Part shown: piece by piece, positions 63,244-64,000 of the stretch | Numbering within the stretch: the stretch's first letter is position 1 | Layout of the letters: every line of letters starts with the position of its first letter | DNA from: Amphiscolops sp. MND2022 | Lineage: Eukaryota | Assembly (NCBI GenBank): GCA_964187785.1 | Contig: OZ076409.1 | Location: forward strand, 74,650,001 to 74,714,000 | Direction: 5' to 3' | Length of the DNA stretch: 64,000 bases | Notes under the pieces: generated by a model | Told to the model about the DNA's origin: nothing | What the model saw: only the letters and a program-made list of their open reading frames with translations | Database searches by the model: none | Translations under genes and position numbers: made by a program

Positions 63244-63752
63244 AAACAAGACGGGAACGTCCAAAGTCGGCGCCATATATAAGGCTCATAAAGCGCAAGA
63301 CTTCTTTTGAAAGCAAAACTTGAAAATTTTGATTTTTTTCTTTCAGAAAATGTCGCATAGTGCCAAAAAATGTAAAAGGGGGGACCCTTTGGGGTTTATT
63401 AACATATATTCTGTTGGAAAATATAAAAAAACTCGAAAGGGGGACTGTTTTGAGACATTGAAAAATTTTGGAAAAAAGTCGCACAATGCCGAAAAAAAAC
63501 CAAAGAGGGGACCCTTGAGGCACGTCCGGTTTTGTAGGTTACGTTAAAAAAGTAAAAAATAAAAGGGGGGGACCCTTTTGCACTAATTTCTGCTGACCGG
63601 ACTTGGCCTTATGGTAGTAGTTTTAGTAGTTTCGATTGTAAGAAAAGTGGACCAATCAGAGTTAGATTGTAGTCTGACGAAAAAAAAAGGAATTAAAAAA
63701 AACTAGCCACTGTAATAGTCGGGCACTTTTCACTGGGAAAGCGCCGACTAAA
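63244..63752 (-). mobile_element. Non-autonomous Helentron/DINE-1-like (HINE-type) element
   Basis: Perfect subterminal IR AGTCGGCGC (63265-63273) and GCGCCGACT (63741-63749). Stem-loop gacg-ggaa-cgtc just outside the first IR, partial IR tagtcgggcactt near the second. Internal aaagggggaccc repeats. Confidence 0.65.
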
Positions 63753-64000
63753 TAATGAATAAAGATCAAGCCGTCATTGACTACAATGCCACTGACAGCT
63801 ACGCTAGCTATCCTGAACAGGCAGATATTTGACGGCGCCTGTCTGCCTGTGAGTATAGTTGTCTTATCAAATAATGATTGATGCATTTATACAAAAAATT
63901 TTACAGGTTTGAAAAAGCAAATTATACAACTGTTTTGAAAACTTTAGTTTGTAGTAAAGGAATGGTTCTGGGTAAGGCAGTGTGTCTTGCTTTGTCTATC

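Overview
AT-rich, eukaryote-like DNA with almost no protein-coding content. Bases 1-58302 form one uninterrupted head-to-tail array of 31 non-coding units (1.07-4.9 kb) from about 11 related families, labelled Z and A-J here. All units lie in the same orientation but in shuffled order: Z A B C D E A B E A F E C A C C G A F A H H H E I A B H B J A(truncated). All 30 junctions read CT(A/G)GGTG(G/C), with no spacer and no target-site duplication. 27 units carry a conserved ~45-nt box with the palindrome RGGCATGCC-GA-GGCATGCCY about 45-57 bp before their 3' end. All families seen from their start also have a 5' hairpin and a shared CGATCTC...TTTGCATG-type box. Near-identical units sit between different neighbours. 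This suggests an integron-like array of self-targeting non-autonomous mobile cassettes (HUH/rolling-circle or tyrosine-recombinase type), but no mobilising enzyme is visible in the window, so the mechanism is inferred. The last ~5.7 kb is ordinary repeat-rich flank: an unclassified element end with a 26-bp palindrome, two complete and one partial Helentron/DINE-like non-autonomous elements, and a C-type lectin-like coding fragment. Coordinates were read by eye; unit boundaries are placed by convention after CTRG.
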